A DNA stretch of 28,282 nucleotides from a virus (Duplodnaviria > Caudoviricetes): positions 1 to 28,282 of IMG/VR virus record IMGVR_UViG_3300022690_000579; one strand, written 5' to 3'. This document shows positions 24,359 through 28,282 of the stretch, piece after piece (the stretch's first letter is position 1; every line of letters begins with the position of its first letter). A program made the translations under genes and the position numbers. The notes below the pieces were generated by a model. The model saw nothing but the letters and a program-made list of their open reading frames with translations. It ran no database searches and was not told where the DNA came from.

Positions 24359-25439
24359 AAGAGGTAAGGCTGAGGAATCCATACAGAAGTATGGTGATCC
24401 TAGTTATCAGGGATCACAGCAATTAACGAAAAGTTTTGGTCAGAGGGCTGGTCAAGCTCGTGATATATATTATGGTGCTCCTAGTCCTGGACCTTGGGGG
24501 GAGCCTGCTAGATCTGCAGGAGCTAAGTCTAGGGGGGCTAGACAAAGGGCACCTATAGACCTTGGTAAAGATTCTACTACAGGTGTATATTCTCAGGGAG
24601 CAGGAGCAGGTGGAAATAGTCAATCTATTGTAAAAGGTCTTATTGGAGATAGACCACTAAATATTGAAACTCTTAAATCTATTGAACCTCAACTTTCCCA
24701 ACATGGGATGAAACTTAGATGGAATGCTCGGGGAACTGGTGCAGATATCATACTTCCTGATGGAACTGAGATAGATTTCGTAGGAGGCATGGAAGGTCCA
24801 GAAGGTAGTAGAAGATTCCAATGGGATGCTACTGGTGAAACTGTAGGTGGAGCTGGAGGGGGTCAAGGACCTGGTGGTGTAGCAGGTGGGGCTATTAGAG
24901 ATTATGGAGAAATTTTAAATAGATATCGACAGTTTGCTGAGACCGGTGGATATAGTCCTGGAGATATATCTAATATCAGATCACGTGCTTTATCACCAGT
25001 TCGGGCTGTATATTCTGATGTGAATCGTGCCGTAGATCGTAGTCGCTCATTGCAAGGTGACTATGCTCCTGGTTATGCAGCTACTAAGGCTAAAGTGGGT
25101 AGAGAACAGGCTTATACTACAGCTGATGCTACTACTAATGTTGAGGCTGCTCTTGCTCAAATGACACAACAGGGTAAACTAGCCGGTATGGGTGGTATGG
25201 CAAGTCTTTATGGAACTACACCGGGATTAGCTAATATGTTTGGTAATCAAGCATTAGCAGCAAGTGGTCAACAATTACAGGCTCAACAACTACAAAATCA
25301 AATGGGGCTAGGAATGATTGGCGGCCAAATAGAAGCAGGTAAACAACCTGGTAGATTTGGTGAGATAATGGGTGGTCTTGGTCAGATTGGTGGAATGATA
25401 TATCCTTGGAAAGATGTACTTAGAGGGGGAGCAGGATAA
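24345..25439 (+). CDS. DNA ejection / internal virion protein 1
   Basis: G/Q/A-rich low-complexity protein with glycine-zipper C-terminus (GEIMGGLGQIGG); ATG at 24345 with SD gagg. Confidence 0.65.
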   Translation: MGKSRRGKAEESIQKYGDPSYQGSQQLTKSFGQRAGQARDIYYGAPSPGPWGEPARSAGAKSRGARQRAPIDLGKDSTTGVYSQGAGAGGNSQSIVKGLIGDRPLNIETLKSIEPQLSQHGMKLRWNARGTGADIILPDGTEIDFVGGMEGPEGSRRFQWDATGETVGGAGGGQGPGGVAGGAIRDYGEILNRYRQFAETGGYSPGDISNIRSRALSPVRAVYSDVNRAVDRSRSLQGDYAPGYAATKAKVGREQAYTTADATTNVEAALAQMTQQGKLAGMGGMASLYGTTPGLANMFGNQALAASGQQLQAQQLQNQMGLGMIGGQIEAGKQPGRFGEIMGGLGQIGGMIYPWKDVLRGGAG

Positions 25440-26503
25440 TGCCTAATTTTCCATCATCAACTGCTCCACAAAATCCCTTTGAACAGTTGAGATTACAGCA
25501 GATATTTGGGGGAACTAGACCTAGTCCTGCTCCTATGGCTTCTACTCTTATGGATCCTATGATAAATGAGCCGGTACTAGGACCAGCTATGGGAGCAGGG
25601 CAACCTGAACCTATGAGAGGATATCAATCTGAAACTGGTGCCTCTGATAGATTTAATGAAATGTTAGGTGCTTATCCTGAAGATAGAAAAAGAGGATGGC
25701 TAGAGAATATTGCACTTAGCATGATAGCCGCTGGCGATCCCAGACTAAGTGCATCATTAATGGATCAGCCAAGTAGAGAACAGACAGCTTGGCAACGACA
25801 AATAGGACCTGCTCAGTTTGCTGCACAACAAGAAAGATTATCTAATGTTGATATTATATCGGGTCAGAGAGAAGATGTTAGATTAGGACAAGCTGGTGAA
25901 AGGATTGAGATAAGTAAGGCAGCACAAAAATTATCTGAATGGAGAGCCCAGCATCCTAATATGCAGCTTAAGACTAGGGAAGATGGAATGATTGTAGGTA
26001 TCAGTCCATTAGATCCCACTGATGTTGTGGAGAGTGGTGTTCAGAGTGGTGATTTGAGTGATCAAGAGAAGGAAGATGCTCGTGTAGAGGCTGCTGCTGT
26101 AGCTGAAACTGGTAGAGTTAGTAGGGCCGCAACTGTTATTGGGGAAAGAAAGACTGCTGCGGGACTACGCACAGGACAACGACAGGAAGCTGCAACATTA
26201 CAAGAGGAAAGATTAAGAAGTAGACCATCTAAACCTGGTGTATTGACTGAATCTGCTAGAACTACCAGAAGACTTAGTGCTGCGGAAGAACTTAAAAATA
26301 GAGATCCCAATGGATTAGGCAAATGGGTTACTATTGACGGAAGAAAGGTTGAGGTTGCTGAACCAGGTAAGGTAAAAGCATGGTGGCCAGATTCAAAGGG
26401 TCCTACTCCTGAAGAACATCAAAAGATTATGTCTATTCTTTATCCTAATGGTGAACCCATTACAGAGACTAGTGTCAATAGAGATCCTGGTGGTATTAGG
26501 TAA
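25439..26503 (+). CDS. DNA ejection / internal virion protein 2
   Basis: 354 aa, P/Q/R-rich and helical; TAATG-coupled between the other two ejection-like genes. Confidence 0.6.
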   Translation: MPNFPSSTAPQNPFEQLRLQQIFGGTRPSPAPMASTLMDPMINEPVLGPAMGAGQPEPMRGYQSETGASDRFNEMLGAYPEDRKRGWLENIALSMIAAGDPRLSASLMDQPSREQTAWQRQIGPAQFAAQQERLSNVDIISGQREDVRLGQAGERIEISKAAQKLSEWRAQHPNMQLKTREDGMIVGISPLDPTDVVESGVQSGDLSDQEKEDARVEAAAVAETGRVSRAATVIGERKTAAGLRTGQRQEAATLQEERLRSRPSKPGVLTESARTTRRLSAAEELKNRDPNGLGKWVTIDGRKVEVAEPGKVKAWWPDSKGPTPEEHQKIMSILYPNGEPITETSVNRDPGGIR

Positions 26504-28282
26504 TGCCTCAAGATTTAGTTGAACGCTGGCGCAATAAATATCCTGGCTCATACGATGATATGTCAGACGTTGAGTTGCAATCTGCTATTTTGAATAAGTT
26601 TCCTGTTTATGAAGATTTAGCTGATCCTTTGTTGCCTTCTACTCCTGAATCTGCACAGGAACAACCAGGCATGTTAGGTAAAGCATGGGATTGGGTAAGT
26701 AGCCCCCTAACTGAAGCTCCTGGTGAATTTCTTAGAAACATAGCTACATCTATAGATAGACCTACATTAAAGAGAAGTCCTTTTGAAGCTGCTGTAAGAG
26801 GTGGTATAGCTGGTATGATAGGTGGTATGCCGGGAGAAGAGGAATTACCTTTCATCGGTAGAGGTGGTGCAGCAGGTGAAGTAGATATAGCTGCATCTCC
26901 CCTTGGTTTAGGAACTTTGGCTGCTAAACCTATAACTAAAGTTGCAGGCATGGGGATTGAGGGATTGCGTGGGTTTAGTAAATTAGGGAAACTTGGCAAA
27001 GCACCTAGAGTTACACCACTTCTTGAAAGAAAAGTTCCATTAGGGGCTAAGCCAGAAATATTTCCTGAGCCTTCTGTCAGATTATCTCCGGTGGAAAATC
27101 TACAAATAGCATTAAAGGAATCCAAAAAACTAACTAAAAAACAAATTGAAATTAATAAATTAGAAAGATCTGAGAAATTTGCTAGAGCTAGAGGAGTTCA
27201 AGTTAAAGGAGAACAGGATGTTCCAGGATTTATGGCTCAATTTAAAGGTAAGCATCCAAAGGTTATAACTGAGCCAATCAGACCAAAAATCGAACAGGAT
27301 GATATTGATTCACTATTCAGACAGATTGGTGAAATTGAAGATATGCCTGAGCAAATACGTGCTCATAAGGCATTCTATAAACTCCTAGATGGGGGTGAGG
27401 CTCTTCAGAATAGTGAAAGAAAAATTCTTGAGCAGGTATTTGGCAAGGATGTTATTGATGTCATTCCAAAAGGAGGTAAGGGAAGAGAAACTTTATTGGA
27501 GGCTTTTAGTTTAGCTAAAGGAATGAAAGCCACTGCCGATGTTAGTTTCATGCTTCGTCAGGGAATTAATCATGTTGGTAGAAGAAGCTGGAGAAGAACT
27601 TTTATTCCACAACTCAAGGCATTTGCATCAGAGAATTATCATCAAATAAGTCAAGGCTTGCGCGATACAGCTAGAAATGCAGAATTAAAAAAGAAAGCAG
27701 GACTACATTTTACAAGTTTAAAAAGTTTTGGAACTAGAGAAGAAGCTATTATGTCGACCTGGGTTGAAAGAATTCCAGGCTTTGGTAGATTAGCTAGAGC
27801 ATCCAATCGCGCCTATACTACAGCTGGAAATGTTATGAGGGATGGTGCATTTGATACTTTGTATGATGACTATGCTAGGTATTATAAATCAGTCAAGAAA
27901 CTTGCAAAAAATACTGATGAACTAAAAGAGGCTGAGCTTTTTAATCCAGATACTCTTTATCGTGCACGAATAATTGCTGAAGAATCTAATGTTTCTACAG
28001 GGCGTGGAGGATTAGGTAAATTAGAATCAGTTGCGGAAGAACTAAATGCTGGTCTTTTTGCACCTCGTTTGATATCAGCGAGGATCAGAACTATTAATCG
28101 AGTATTTAATCCTATTAGTTATATTAAGCAAGATCCTGTGATGAGAAGAGAGCATCTAAGACAATTACGTTCCATTGTCGGTGTAGCTATGACTTCAGCT
28201 AGTATATTTAAATTGGCGGGTGCTGATATACAGATTGATCCACGTAGTACTGATTTTATGAAAGCTAAGATAGGTAAAACAA
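26503..28282 (+). CDS. Large DNA ejection / internal virion protein 3 (3' partial, about 593 codons in window; not in ORF track)
   Basis: ATG at 26503, open to the window end: MPQDLVERWRNKYPGSYDDMSDVELQSAILNKFPVY...DPRSTDFMKAKIGKT. Helical, with Gly/Ala hydrophobic stretches. Confidence 0.75.
   Translation, partial: MPQDLVERWRNKYPGSYDDMSDVELQSAILNKFPVYEDLADPLLPSTPESAQEQPGMLGKAWDWVSSPLTEAPGEFLRNIATSIDRPTLKRSPFEAAVRGGIAGMIGGMPGEEELPFIGRGGAAGEVDIAASPLGLGTLAAKPITKVAGMGIEGLRGFSKLGKLGKAPRVTPLLERKVPLGAKPEIFPEPSVRLSPVENLQIALKESKKLTKKQIEINKLERSEKFARARGVQVKGEQDVPGFMAQFKGKHPKVITEPIRPKIEQDDIDSLFRQIGEIEDMPEQIRAHKAFYKLLDGGEALQNSERKILEQVFGKDVIDVIPKGGKGRETLLEAFSLAKGMKATADVSFMLRQGINHVGRRSWRRTFIPQLKAFASENYHQISQGLRDTARNAELKKKAGLHFTSLKSFGTREEAIMSTWVERIPGFGRLARASNRAYTTAGNVMRDGAFDTLYDDYARYYKSVKKLAKNTDELKEAELFNPDTLYRARIIAEESNVSTGRGGLGKLESVAEELNAGLFAPRLISARIRTINRVFNPISYIKQDPVMRREHLRQLRSIVGVAMTSASIFKLAGADIQIDPRSTDFMKAKIGKT

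Larger units (their letters stand above)
1..28282 (+). mobile_element. Tailed dsDNA phage (Caudoviricetes, podovirus-like) packaging and structural module
   Basis: Co-oriented, tightly packed genes with many TAATG/ATGA stop-start overlaps. Order is terminase, portal, scaffold, capsid, adaptor, nozzle, GNAT, ejection proteins. No tape measure or sheath gene, and no host housekeeping genes. Confidence 0.95.

Noticed and set aside
862-27125. All minus-strand ORFs in the track (e.g. 862..1122, 2869..3258, 6233..6592, 8426..8848, 26607..27125)
   Set aside because: They are antisense shadows of well-supported + strand genes with no recognisable motifs. 6233..6592 and 26607..27125 overlap + strand ORFs that the track missed.
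1-28282. Alternative genetic code (TAG/TGA reassignment) as a cause of the many short or split genes
   Set aside because: TAA, TAG and TGA all end intact genes that are followed by SD/ATG, the large genes are uninterrupted, and the nozzle break points are TAA.

Overview
This 28.3 kb AT-rich window is the packaging and virion-morphogenesis module of a tailed dsDNA phage (Caudoviricetes), almost certainly short-tailed (podovirus/P22-like gene order). All credible genes are on the + strand, downstream of a consensus-like sigma70 promoter. The order is: putative TerS, a truncated TerL-ATPase paralog, fibre-like and holin-like genes, TerL, small basic peptides, portal, acidic scaffold, major capsid, decoration proteins, head-tail adaptor, beta-helix protein, tail nozzle, several fibre/appendage proteins, a GNAT-like protein and three DNA-ejection proteins (the last runs off the window). 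Standouts: (1) an unannotated 51-aa ORF at 14757-14912 with the YxRxHxRHxR signature of YhhA-type cyclophane (triceptide) RiPP precursors and no maturase in the window; (2) a nuclease-less TerL ATPase paralog with a Walker B E-to-Q change and a twin-arginine-like leader; (3) a nozzle gene that appears split into three pieces, with a triple-repeat domain fused to the middle piece; (4) several GC-rich structured RNA elements. All functional calls come from motif recognition and synteny; no database searches were run.
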